A stretch of DNA of 64,000 bases from Octopus sinensis (lineage: Eukaryota): assembly GCF_006345805.1 (NCBI RefSeq), contig NC_043003.1, positions 20,522,001-20,586,000 of the forward strand, written 5' to 3'. Shown in pieces: positions 25,991 to 38,738 of the stretch. Below the pieces are notes generated by a model. The model saw only the letters and a program-made list of their open reading frames with translations, was not told the DNA's origin and did not search any database. Made by a program: the position numbers and the translations under genes. The first letter of the stretch is position 1. The number at the start of each line of letters is the position of its first letter.

Positions 25991-26585
25991 AGTTATATGT
26001 TTATTTATTTATTTTTTACCGTTTGTTTACACGATAACGGAGCAAATGTATTGTTCTGAAAAGCCAAAGTTGCAGAAACTCCGATGATCTAGTCAGGTTC
26101 TTTTAAAAAAATGTATAGACATGCAATCCAAAAAAATTGTACTAATGTATTCATATAAAAAAAGAAACACTCACACGTGCACAGACACCCACACACTCAC
26201 ACATACACACACACATATCCTCACACACATACACACACATATTCACACATACACAAGCTCACACACACACACGCACACATACACACACCCTCACACACTC
26301 ACATACTAACGCATACACTCACACACTCACACATACACTCACACACTCACACATACACACACTCATACATACACACATACATACATACACATACTCACAC
26401 ACACATACATGCACATACACACAAACATACACACACACATATATACTAGCACATTCACATATATACACGTTACTTTATAAGTAATCCTAAAACTTTTTCT
26501 AAGCTTCAATATTTATCTTCTGCCCCTGTATATGCCTGCTTACACTATCATTTTTTTTTACAATTGTAGTAGTAGTAGTAGTAGT

Positions 26586-26623
<38 letters not shown>

Positions 26624-26869
26624 AGAAGGTAAAAAGAAACAATTAACCGTTAACGTGTTCTGGCGAAACGAAGAGTGGGAGAGAATACAAATGATAGCTC
26701 GGAGATATGTAAATGAAAACGTACTTATACATTCTCAGAAATTCTTTAACGCGTGCCGCGTGGATTGAATTTTTACCTTACTTTCAATATTTTGGCATTA
26801 ATATACGCGTGCGCGAGTGTCTGTTTGTGTGCGTGTGTGCCCATATGTATATATACATATATGCATACA

Positions 26870-27280
<411 letters not shown>

Positions 27281-27500
27281 GTAGGCACACGAACACATAC
27301 ACACATATATATAGTTCGAAGCACATATATTAACCAAAAATATATATCATATCACAGTTGTACACAATTGTATTTTTGCTAACGTGCCGTCTTTCTAGAA
27401 GTGCAGCTTAAGGTGTCTTTACACAGAAACTAAACAAGTGAACATCGATATCAAATATATCACACACACACACACATGTATAATATATATATATATAATA

Positions 27501-27555
<55 letters not shown>

Positions 27556-28275
27556 TGTATGTATGTCTATATGAAGTATGTTTACACCCTATATACCCTA
27601 TCTGGCGTAGGAGTAGAGTAAGTGATATGAAAAATCAGCAATATTTTGTAATATTAACATTCCTTGTGGGTGTACAAACTTAAGTGCGTGTAAATAAAAC
27701 AGAGTTTTATCTAATCTTAGAGCAATTCATGTAGGTATTAGTTTTTCTTTAAAATACATGTAGAATGTACTCTCAAGCATGAAGTCTTAGAAAGCGAGAA
27801 TGAAATTTACGATGTAAAACAGACCTATTAATATATTACTTCATATAGCACAACATTGTAAAATAATAAATAAAAATGACTCAATGAAAATAAAAATAAC
27901 ATATTGAATTTGAAATAAAAGTATATTGAGGGATAAGAATATTTATAAGCGTATGCGTCAGCGTGTAAACGCGGGAACGTGTGTGTGTGTGTGTGTGTGT
28001 GAATGCTCGTGTATTGAAGAGCGGTGTTTTTACTTATAAAAAGAAGGGTATTTAATCTAATATTTACACGCTATTATTTATAGCTTTGTTTGCTTGGAGT
28101 TTCACAGGTCCAAAGCAGAATGTGTATTATGTATACATGTATGTATGTATGTGTATGTTGTATGTATGCATGAATGTATATATGTATGTATATACATACT
28201 TATATGTATATAATATATACGTATATATCAAAATGAATAAATACATACATAGACATAGACATACATACACCACGC

Positions 28276-28316
<41 letters not shown>

Positions 28317-28387
28317 CATATATATATATATTATATATATATTATATATATTATATATATTATATATATATATATATATATATTATT

Positions 28388-28429
<42 letters not shown>

Positions 28430-28574
28430 TAAGTAGTTGAATTGAATTATCCTAGTATGGATAATTCGGTTAACCGATACCCGGGTAGCAAATTCACGTC
28501 AGAAAAACACTGTTGAAGCTACTGCCAAGGGCAAGATTACATGGCTTTCGTGTGGAAATTTGTGTTTTTTTTAA

Positions 28575-29566
28575 TACAAATAAATGAAAGAATGGAGTTG
28601 AACGACGATTTAACAAATTCCTTTATTCTCGACATATGTTTCGAAGACTGCATATTCCTAATTCCGAAGGAATAAGGAGTGCATTATGCCGCCTTCTCAT
28701 CAGGAAAGACAAGGAACTTATGTCAGCATCATGATGAACAAAAACTTTTAGATGACTGCCCACACGGAGTCCATAGCGATAATGAGGTGTTTCTTAAAAT
28801 ATTCCGTGTAGGCAGTGACGTCAAAAATGGTGAATGTAGAATATTCTAGAAAGTTCAAGAGTCAAACAAGGTTGGAAGGGGAGAGATCTAAGAATAGGAA
28901 GGTGACAGGGTCCAAGTCATATGAATGGTGATGTTGTTGTTGGTTGCTTTTTCTAATGAGATTGAGTGCCTATGTGGGTGTATGTATACAACTGCATTCG
29001 TGTGTCTATGTGTGTGTATGTGTGTGTGCGTGATTGTGTGTGTGGATGGGTAGATGTCAAAAAAATATTGGTGAAGTGACAGGGTTTGTGTCTGTGTGTT
29101 TGATTGTGCTTACGATAGAGAGAGGGAGAGAGAGAGAGAGGAGGGAGAGTAGAGAGACAAAGGTAAAATATACCCCAACGAATTAGGTAGTAGTCCTTCA
29201 TGAGTATAAAAATTTGTCTATGGTGGTGTTGTATAAGTGGAACCAAATTATTAAATTCAAGGAGGTTATCTATATTAATCATCATTCATATGAGTGAAAG
29301 GTGTGTTTCTGCCAGTGCATGCAACCATTGTATTTACTAAAGGGAATTTGGCGAAAAGTATATGGAAAAGTTCGGAATTACAGACGCCACAAAACTTTCT
29401 GCCCTTATCAAACGGAAAGGATACAGACAATATGGACCATTCCAGCTTGAAAGTTATATTGCTGTCCTTTAAGGACGCCAAACTAATTTACTTAGTCCTG
29501 TGCTTTGTTGTTTTCTCTTATCTCGGAAAGTTGAATAATGATTGGAAATCTCTGGGATAATTTAGA
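28575..29566 (-). mobile_element. Penelope-like element 3' part (GIY-YIG C-terminus, 3' UTR, pLTR), running into the gap
   Basis: LKDSNITFKLEWSIL...FDKGRKFCGVCNSELFHIL matches the Penelope endonuclease C-terminus; terminal hammerhead present. Confidence 0.75.
28618..28714 (-). ncRNA. Type I hammerhead ribozyme with intact catalytic core
   Basis: Minus strand ctttc-CTGATGA-GAAGGCGGCATA...TATGCAGTCTTC-GAAA-CATATG-TC-gaga: G10.1-C11.1 pair, palindromic stem III and GUC triplet (28633-28631). Confidence 0.8.
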
Positions 29567-29666
29567 NNNNNNNNNNNNNNNNNNNNNNNNNNNNNNNNNN
29601 NNNNNNNNNNNNNNNNNNNNNNNNNNNNNNNNNNNNNNNNNNNNNNNNNNNNNNNNNNNNNNNNNN
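29567..29666. other. Assembly gap (100 N)
   Basis: Run of exactly 100 N, a typical placeholder for a gap of unknown size. Confidence 0.99.
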
Positions 29667-30039
29667 GACAGACTGATCTTTAAAGGAGAAGAATTTGATT
29701 TCCTCCCCGAATCAATAACATTGATCAGCTGCTTATAAGACAATCATAAATTAGGCTAGCACCGTGGTAAATGATATAATTTCCATATTGACATTTTGAT
29801 GGCTTGTCATTAAGTAATGTATGCAGAGAACAGTATAAATTAGAAGAACTCGAATTTAAACACTATAAAATGTTGCAATGGATTAAACAAGAATATAAAC
29901 ATATTGTATGCTACATTTGATTGGAAAGAAGAGGTGGTGCGGATCACTTGACGGCTGTATCCACACTTATTGACTGTTGTGTACGTCAAGATGTTAAGTC
30001 GTGCGTCAAAACGTCAAGACGCTCGTAGCTTCAATAAAC

Positions 30040-30475
30040 AGCAACTACCAACCACCTGATTATAGGTCAGTTGGAAGGGCCACTCTTGCGGTTCAAAGGC
30101 AAAAAGAAAGACAACTTGAAGCGATGCAACATTTCCTTTTCTTCCCTGGAAAACAAAGCATCAGAACGCAGGATCTTGCGGCCGGATGTCCTGCTTTTCC
30201 TCAGTTCAACGATTTGAGCAATGTCGACTCCAGCATTGGGACTAACTTCGTGCAAGCATGAAGGCAAGCTGGTAAAACCCTTCCCGTAAATGGAGACCTT
30301 CCTCTTTTATGACACGAAACAAAGCAGGCCTTGCAGTCCACTCTCAAGAAACCACATAGTTAATGATCCACAGGCACTCGAGCAAACTAACTCCTCAACT
30401 TGTTCCATTTGCCAAAAGGTTTGCAAGGCAGCAGCAGGACCCAAAAAACACATTTGTGTCCATAGAATATGATTA
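30040..30475 (+). mobile_element. RTE-type LINE 3' relic
   Basis: GPLLRFKGKKKDNLKRCNISFSSLENKASERR followed by the C2H2-like CSICQKVCKAAAGPKKHICVH. Confidence 0.65.
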
Positions 30476-30544
30476 CTGTTCCATCCTACTGCGTCGTCAT
30501 TTGTTGCTCACGACGAGAGAATCCATCATATATATAAATGTAAC

Positions 30545-30748
30545 CGCGTGTGTACAGTTCGCGAATTATTTTTCACCGTCTTCCCTTCTCTTGATTTTTC
30601 CTTTTCCTATGTTTCTGGCGAAGAGCTCCGCTCGAAACGTAAGACCCTCCTTCTTCCTTTCCTTCCTGAGCGTCCAATAATACTATATTTGTTCCACGTC
30701 CTCGCGTTGTTGTGTTTTCTCTTTGTGTTTTCATGTTTGGATTAACTA
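30545..30748 (+). mobile_element. ~200-bp hammerhead-bearing element, copy 2
   Basis: gttt-CTGGCGA-A-GAGCTCCGCTC-GAAA-CG-TA-agac at 30611-30645; ends tgtttggattaacta(TA)n. Confidence 0.75.
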
Positions 30749-30793
30749 TATATATATATAAAATATATATATATATACATACATACATACATA

Positions 30794-30835
<42 letters not shown>

Positions 30836-30884
30836 TATATATATAATATGGATATATATACATATATATTCTTCTTTCTTGGTC

Positions 30885-31300
30885 TAGCCGTTGTCCGTGC
30901 AACATTGATATTTCTCTCTGTGTTTGTGAAATCTTGTATCCCTGCTGTATGGCTTCATTTCCACATACGCCAGCTTAATTTAATTCGTCTTTAATCGAAA
31001 TACACCTGTTGTTATGTCCTGTTATTATTTTTATTGTATTTTATTTTATTTGTGTAACATTGTCCGTTTTTTCCGTCCTTGTTTTTGTATACATTCGCTG
31101 CTTTCTTCCAAGGAATCTAATGCTCTTAGATTAGTTTTTGCTTGGGCCTGGCCAGATTGGAGCAATCTCAAGTATAATCAGCCGAAATTGCGAAGATAAT
31201 CTGGTACTTGACTGAGGAAAGAAAACTTCGAATGACCCGTCATTGTTTTCTTTGTATCGTCTATCTGGATGTTTTGTCGTCCCATTTTGTATTTTTATAT
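30885..31300 (+). repeat. Dispersed repeat, inverted homologue of 42660-42960
   Basis: cttcatttccacatacgccagcttaatttaattcgtc...tgctcttagattag...gccagattggagcaatctc matches the reverse complement of 42660-42960. Confidence 0.75.
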
Positions 31301-31313
31301 ATGTGTGTGTGTA

Positions 31314-31438
<125 letters not shown>

Positions 31439-32699
31439 CAGATATAGAAAGATAGATAGATATAAAAATAAATAAATAGCTAGATACATATATATATATA
31501 CATACAATCATATGTATAGTATATATATATATATTATAATATATATATATAATATATATATAATACACATATATATATATACATATATATATATTGTGAG
31601 TGCGTGTTTTTATATACATTATATATATTATATATAGTCATCAAATGTCTGTTTATGCTCATATCACAATGTATGTATTTGTAAGCCTGATTAAGGCTAA
31701 CTGTATTAGAAATGATAAATCGTTAAACCAACTATGAATACAAATTAGACAGATCTATCTCTATATACCTCGATGTTATTTATTGAGGTCAGGTGTTAAT
31801 CAGAAGTTATTTAGCTTCCATTTTGACTCTTTCACTATGTTTTTTTTTTTTTATTATCCTGATTGTTTAAGCTTTATCTCATTTGAGATATAACCTAGAG
31901 GGATATGTTTTTGTAAAGTTATTCATAGATTTGTAAGTTCTGTAATTTAGATGTGCAACAATTTTGTGAACTATCTACGCTTTTTAAGACAACATCTCGG
32001 AGATGTAATTGCCAGACAAGTGATTTGATCTGAGAGCGTGTTTTGGAATTGAAGCGTTTGCAGCCTGGAAGATTCATATTAGCCATTCAAATCACACAAA
32101 GACTGTTAGCTTCACTTAAAGTTTATTATTAAATGTCAAAATTTTCATCACAGAAACTGCAACCTGCTTTGAATTGTGGCGAGATGATTATCTCCCTGTA
32201 ATAGCCTTGACCAATAGAGAGACGACGTGTGAATATAAGATCGGTTATATCGCTTTCTTGGGCTGAAATGTATATAAATAAATAAAAATTATCTGAATAT
32301 GATTTCAGGAGTCCTGGTGGAATCGATATCAGACAGAAATCTTTTGAAAGTTTGCATATTTTTCCATTGCAGCTGTTTTTCAGATATGGATACAATTAGA
32401 CAAATGCAATATACGAAGAGAAAAAATGCTCCCAAATTACAAACGAAAATAGATAATTCAAAGGAAATAACAGAAAATTTTCTGGAAAATAGTAGCAAAG
32501 GAAACATTAGCATAAAACCGAAAATAACGGCAGATTTTCAAAGAAATGCACGTTAAAAAGTGAAAGGGAGAGGGAAAGGTAGAAAAAAGAAGGAAAGGGA
32601 GAGAGGGAGGTGAAATAAATAAGTGAAAGAAACATTAGCATTGCTCCACGCAGAAACTGCAGAAGTTACTCAGAGGTTTTGCAAGCTTTTCTAAATCCA

Positions 32700-33042
32700 T
32701 TGTAATGCTGGAAATCTTTCCGCATCGTCAGCCGATATCTCAAAGTCATAAGTGTTTCACCATTTAGCCTGTAAGCTTTAGCTGACTGGGGACAGTGAGG
32801 GCGGAGCTAGTCTTCACCTACGGAAGGGTTTCACTTGCGGTCTCTTATCAACCATAGGCAGTTTGAGCAACTTTCAGCTACGAACTTAATTCCTGATTGC
32901 TTCAAGTTGTCTAGGTTCCAGACCTATCTTCTGCAAGAAATAGTGCACTGATCTAGATGGAAAGCCGTGGAAGCCGACTTCAATGGAGAATGGGGTCGCA
33001 TGCCAGCCCTTGACAAAAGCTTCATCGACTAAGTCCTGAAAC
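32700..33042 (-). mobile_element. HERO-like (REL) non-LTR retrotransposon 3' relic
   Basis: QDLVDEAFVKGWHATPFSIEVGFHGFPSRS..FLQKIGLE resembles the KYxELV...GW...EVGCRGF REL C-terminus. Confidence 0.6.
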
Positions 33043-33339
33043 ATTAATATGATAAATAAATATGGAATCAAATTAATAAATACAAAGAAAATGTATTGGC
33101 TTTTTAAAACTCCTATTGTTTAATAGAGGACTGTCCTAATATGTGTTACTGCTGCTGCTGCTACTACTGCCACTACTTCCGCTGCCGTTGTTGTTATTGT
33201 TATTTAAGCCACTGGTCAGTATCGATTGAGGGGACATACGAACAAAGGCTTTCTAACCTTGACCACCAACACGTCTCTTTATATACCCGAGAGTACACTA
33301 TACAATATGCACTTTTTTCTTAATACAGTAACACGTATT

Positions 33340-33523
33340 ACTGAGATGTTCTTGCATAGCAAGTGATCTGATGTGAGATCGTGTGCTGGAACGAAAACAA
33401 TTGCAGCGTGGAAGGTGTTTATAAGCCATTTAAGAAACACACACAAACCGCAGCACGGAATTTTGTCAGTGAACAGGTCGCGGTCTCAAAGCAACGAAAA
33501 TATTTTGACAAATTAAATGTTGA
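33340..33523 (+). repeat. Dispersed repeat, rearranged copy of 38210-38407
   Basis: 5' half is colinear and 3' half inverted relative to the 38210-38407 copy. Confidence 0.7.
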
Positions 33524-34096
33524 GATAAAACGTAATTTGAGGTTTGATTGTTTTTAGTAAAAGGTGATATGAAGATTTGATGTTCATGCGTTTTGCATTG
33601 GCAATAATATGTTCAAACACAAATCGTCGTTGTTGTTGTTGTTTCTGCTATTATCGCTTCTTGTTATTTGGTCTCGGATCAACCCAGATCGCTCGTTTAC
33701 TAGGTCACATGATCTGCTAAACATAGCAGCTAAATCAGCTTCAAATCATGCCCAATCGACATTAAAAAGATTTTTTCCTGAAAAGAAACACGTATCAACT
33801 TTTGTGGACAAGTGTTTCTTATATCGAGACACCAAGCCTGGTTTATTCTCTAATGGAATCTCGATTCTAGAGAAGCCTAGATTCTGGGGGTTATATTTCC
33901 TTTCTCGTATAGTGCTGGTCTTAATTGCCATTCTGCAAATAGGAACACGTCCTCTTGAAGAACAAAGAATTTATGTCGTATGATACATAATATACCTATG
34001 CCACTTATTGCTATTTTTAAAACTTATTTATTAAGTTATTATATGTTGTGAGTGAGAGTGTGTTTATATGTGTATGTGTATATACATACATATATG

Positions 34097-34130
<34 letters not shown>

Positions 34131-34263
34131 TGTATGTATGTATGTATGTGGCATTATTCAGTTTATTTCAAGATTTCTTGCCAATAGAGAAAGAGCCAGT
34201 GTCCAACCTAGATCCAAGGCTCCTTCATTGGAACTTCTACATCAACAACCGTGTATGCATATG

Positions 34264-34336
<73 letters not shown>

Positions 34337-34379
34337 TATATATTCTGCCGGGGTCTCTTTCCATTCACAAGTTCCTCGT

Positions 34380-34625
34380 ATAGCATTGCTTAGGGATCCT
34401 ACCATTCTTCGTTCTAATAAGTTGTCCAGTCCAACGTAACCGATGCTTGTGCACCATTGCCTCAATAATCAAGATATCAGCTGTCCTCAGGTCCTGTGTG
34501 TCTGTAATTTTTTGAAACTTTGTCTGCATTGTTTGCAGTCGTGTATCCTTGTCAAGAGCAGAGATCATTAGCCAGGAATGGAGCCGCAAATGTAAAATAT
34601 AAGTTAGTCCTATAGCGCACAATGT
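34380..34625 (-). mobile_element. RTE-type LINE fragment
   Basis: ADILIIEAMVHKHRLRWTGQLIRTKNGRIPKQ matches the RTE post-RT RLRWxGHxxRMxxxRxPK motif. Confidence 0.7.
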
Positions 34626-34671
34626 TCCTGAAGGTCAGCAATGGTCTTCCACGGTCACGAATGGACGGCCG

Positions 34672-34705
<34 letters not shown>

Positions 34706-34710
<5 letters not shown>

Positions 34711-34912
34711 TAATCCAAACAAGAAAACAAAAACAACAACGCAAGGACGTGGAACAAATAAAGTATTATTGGACGCTCAGGAAAGAAGGGAAGAAGGAGG
34801 GTTTGACGTTTCGAGCGGAGCTCTTCGTCGGAAACATAGGAGAAGGAAAGATCCTGAGAAGGGAAGACAGGGGAAAAAATCGCTAGTGATACAGACGAGG
34901 TCACATTATAAA
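34706..34912 (-). mobile_element. ~200-bp hammerhead-bearing element, copy 3
   Basis: Minus strand gttt-CCGACGA-A-GAGCTCCGCTC-GAAA-CG-TC-aaac at 34835-34801. Confidence 0.75.
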
Positions 34913-35279
34913 CCCATATATACCTATGGTTGCGTTTTTGCAACGCAAAACCTGCCTCTGTTTGTTTGGATACGAACTTGCCGGAAAGCATCTGATAGAG
35001 CATGCGACAAGTTCAGTATTTAGTCGACACCCGTAGCTAACAGTTGCATAGTTCTTCTCTTCCAGATTGTGAAAGCTTACCATAACGTTTAATTTAAATG
35101 TAGTAAAAAATTTTATGGGAAGATATTGGTTAAATTAGAAGTAGCTCTCTAATAATGTAAAAACCACCGATGTCATATACTTAATGTATGTATTTTGTTT
35201 ATGTGCTTATCCCGCAGACAATAAGCTCATAAACAAAACGCATAAACAAAATTAAGTACGAGACATTGCTTAAATGTTC

Positions 35280-36660
35280 GTCAAATCGTCTTTACAAGCC
35301 TTGCAGGGTCTGTGCTTTTCTGGCGACGGCAAGCGGTAGTTGAACATAGAGCACTGTAAAACCACGTGGCACTGCATCAGATACGCTAAATATTCTGGTT
35401 GTCCACTTCCGGGAATTTACAGACGCACACGCATGGATGAACACATGCAAAAACATATGCAAACACACCTATACACACTAACAGCCACAGAGGCCATCAA
35501 GTACAGAGATTCCAATAACACAAAAGTAGCAGGAGCCGGCATTGGAATTTGCACGTGTAAGAAGTGGAGTGCTGTCAGCGAGTTGCAGGTAGTAGAGGAA
35601 CGGTTGGGGCAGAGGGCTCTGTTTGGAATTGTAATCATAGGGCGATCAGGCCTGGGCTACTTCCCAGCCTTCCAGATTGGAAGCGCTAAAGGGAAAGAGC
35701 GACAGTATCTACTCCAAGTACGCGTAGAAATAGCATGCGTTAGCTGGATGATGGGACAAGGAGCCTGGACAAGGTGGGCCTATATACAGCGGCGGAACAT
35801 TACCTATATCTGATATTTGGTGGATTACATCCAGCATATCAGATTTCTGGTCTAGGGTGTTGACGACCCTTTAACAAGTCCAACAAACCTTCATATATGA
35901 GGCAAGAGTAAAACGACGTCCTGTCCATTATGGATCGAAAGTGTTCCTTCAACGTTACACCAGCTGCCTCAGAGTTTTAGCCGATGGTCACTACTGTTGG
36001 TGACATAACCAGGTGCTTAGGGCGATTGCGGAGGTGATATCGATAGGTATTCGATCCAGTAAGTACCATCCCAAGAAGGAGGTGATCCCTTTTCTATGAG
36101 CCGAAAAGAAGACCAGTCCACTTAAACTTCAACGACTACCATAGCTACTTTCCATAGCCCCTCAACGGCAGATTACATCGTACCAGCAACACTCCGCCCA
36201 CACATAGTGATCTTCTCAAATTACACCAAACAGGTGATCGTGTGGGAACTGATTTACCCTAAGAACTGACTGTACAATGAGATGACTCATGAGAAGAAGC
36301 TTGCCAAATACCAAGAGCTGGTAGAATACTGCAGAAATCGAAGAAGGCCTGCATATTGCGAGGTAACTGAGGTGGGCTGTCGAGCTTTTGTGGAGCGTTC
36401 GTTCTGCAGGGCATTGACTGGACTTGGAATTACTGGAGGAGAGCTATAAATTTCATCAGTGAAGCTGCAGAGACGGCTTTGGATATAGAAGGCAGACCAG
36501 ACGTTTGGTGCTGTTGTGATGGCAACATGGGGCTTGAGCAACTCCAGCTGAATCTACAGGGTGATGGGGGTCTGATGCTGAAAGATCCAAAACTACCTAA
36601 GTGAAACCTGGGAAACATCACTGACAGTACGTCTCGGAGTATCCGCGCAATATCTCCTAA
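35280..36660 (+). mobile_element. Degraded HERO-like (R2-group, REL) non-LTR retrotransposon
   Basis: GRSGLGYFP...KGKERQYLLQ...QGAWTRW...SPTNLHI.GKS..TSCPL and EKKLAKYQELVEYCRNR...EVGCRAF...ALTGLGITG...FISEAAE; multiple stops and frameshifts. Confidence 0.7.
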
Positions 36661-36692
36661 AAATCAATCAATAAATCAATCAATCTATCCAT

Positions 36693-36761
<69 letters not shown>

Positions 36762-37098
36762 CGTATGTCTGTCTGTCTGTTTCTTTATCTTTCCATCTCA
36801 CTCTCTCTCTCTTTCTGTATATATGTATATATGTGTGTGTGTGAGTGTGTGTGAGTATATATATATATATATATATACACATACGTAATACATATGAACT
36901 TGATAAATGGATAGATTGATTGATTTATTGATTGATTTTTAGGAGATATTGCGCGGATACTCCGAGACGTACTGTCAGTGATGTTTCCCAGGTGTCACTT
37001 AGGTAGTTTTGGATCTTTCAGCATCAGACCCCCATCACCCTGTAGATTCAGCTGGAGTTGCTCAAGCCCCATGTTGCCATCACAACAGCACCAAACGT
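36501..37098. repeat. 197-bp inverted duplication (1 mismatch) around a microsatellite spacer
   Basis: 36501-36697 equals the reverse complement of 36902-37098 except gtgaAacc/gtgaCacc. Confidence 0.92.
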
Positions 37099-37119
37099 AA
37101 TACATACATGGATGCATAC

Positions 37120-37150
<31 letters not shown>

Positions 37151-37159
37151 CATAAAATT

Positions 37160-37316
37160 TGATACTGATTAGAAGATCGAAAATCCACCTGAAGATTGTC
37201 GGAGCAGACATGAAACATTTGTAGTGGCGGTTTATTTAATTTATATTAAAATTTATGTATTGATTAAGTCTTTCCTTGTTTGGTTTTAAAATAGTGGTTT
37301 TGTCTCGAATTATATT

Positions 37317-37320
<4 letters not shown>
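37160..37320 (+). mobile_element. Short (TA)n-flanked element with a minimal hammerhead motif
   Basis: ccac-CTGAAGA-ttgtc-ggagca-gacat-GAAA-catttg-TA-gtgg at 37185-37227; homologous to 43550-43812. Confidence 0.7.
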
Positions 37321-37373
<53 letters not shown>

Positions 37374-37498
37374 CATATATACATATATAATGCACAGCAC
37401 GACACGTCAGTTTGGATTATGTCTTATTTTATCTTACTGTTTATATATATATATATATGCAATTGTAATTGTAATTCACGTGTATTTTGTATTTGCAG

Positions 37499-37649
37499 AT
37501 CAAACGAACTTGATGTATTTATACACGACACATATCTCCTAAAATTTGCCATTTCTCGGCTTGATGATAATTGCGCAATTTCCTTTGCTGGAGATAGCTT
37601 CGGTGAAGATGGGTATGCGTTCGGTCTGAAGAAGGGCTCAAAATTAATG
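37499..37649 (+). CDS. GRIN3-like: GluN3-like NMDA receptor subunit, S2 exon
   Basis: atttgcag acceptor and ATG|gtaagc donor. Translates SNELDVFIHDTYLLKFAISRLDDNCAISFAGDSFGEDGYAFGLKKGSKLM, matching the iGluR S2 pattern LDAFIxD...C...F..GYG. Starts phase 2, ends phase 0. Confidence 0.9.
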
Positions 37650-37789
37650 GTAAGCCTTCTTTTTTTAATACAAGGTGGTCGCTAGAAAAGCAGAAATTTT
37701 GAAGCATTAATAAACTGTGTAATAGGAGGTTTCTGATTCTTTGTTTTTGTTATCGATTACTGTGTCTAGTGCTTGTTATTAGCAGATAT

Positions 37790-38051
37790 ACAGAAATATC
37801 GATGCTGTCATTCATGAATTAAAATCGTGCTTGATAAAAGCTTGGAATGTCATCCCTTAGGTTACACTTCAAAATGTCACACGAGCTTGGATTTCTCGAT
37901 TAAAACGCTCTCAGGAAGTGCACGGCAGACATTTTGAATATTTGTGAGTGGTGATATATCACGCTTTGTGACACTTATTGTTTACCTCAAATAGATCTTA
38001 TGAAAATATAAATCAGCATTTCACGAATTTTCGTCTTTTCTAGCGACCACC
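37790..38051 (+). mobile_element. Tc1/mariner transposase C-terminal relic with TIR remnant
   Basis: IHELKSCLIKAWNVIP*VTLQNVTRAWISRLKRSQEVHGRHFEYL*, ending gcgaccaccct. Confidence 0.65.
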
Positions 38052-38209
38052 CTCTCTCTCTCTCTTCTTTCTTTCTCTCTCTCTCTCTCTCTCTCTTCTC
38101 TCCCTATATATATATATATAATATATACTATACATTATATACATATATATATATAATATATATATATAATATTATATATATATATATAATATATATATAT
38201 AATATATTA

Positions 38210-38407
38210 CGGAGATGTACTCGCACAGCAGTAATTTGATCTGAGATCGTGTGCTGAAACGAAAACAATTGCAGCGTGGAAGGTGTTTATAAGCCATTTA
38301 AGAAACACACAAAAGCCGTTCGATTCACTTCAACATTTAAGTTTAATTTGTCAAAATATTTTCGTCGCTAAAATCCGCGACCTGTTCACTGACAAAGTCC
38401 GTGCTGC
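38210..38407 (+). repeat. Dispersed repeat (SINE-like, unclassified)
   Basis: Homologous to 33340-33523 and weakly to 31995-32070. Confidence 0.65.
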
Positions 38408-38414
38408 ATCTCAT

Positions 38415-38461
<47 letters not shown>

Positions 38462-38738
38462 ATCATCTAATACTGTGCATGTTATTGTCGTTAATCCATA
38501 ATTCAGTTTTGATCCAGCATGCCTTGGATCAAAGCTATTTCTGCGATCACCATTCGATCTTATTTCAATGCAGCATATCTAAGACAATATTTTAAAAGGG
38601 GATTTATCCTTTTTTAATATGTTAAGATAGCATTTGATCTACTTTTGATTCTTATTCGATTATGCATTCTTATAATTTTAACCTTTTCGTCAGAGTACAA
38701 ACAGCTGAAACAAAAAGCACAAGACACATTATCTTACA

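Noticed and set aside
31200-31245. CTGAGGA/CTGACGA in the 4420/30885/42660 repeat family
   Set aside because: No correctly placed GAAA or closing helices in any of the three copies.
32299-32556. 85-aa ORF considered as the missing S2 exon
   Set aside because: No GTV/SS-type iGluR motif, and phase-0 readings from its AG sites hit stops or give unrelated sequence.
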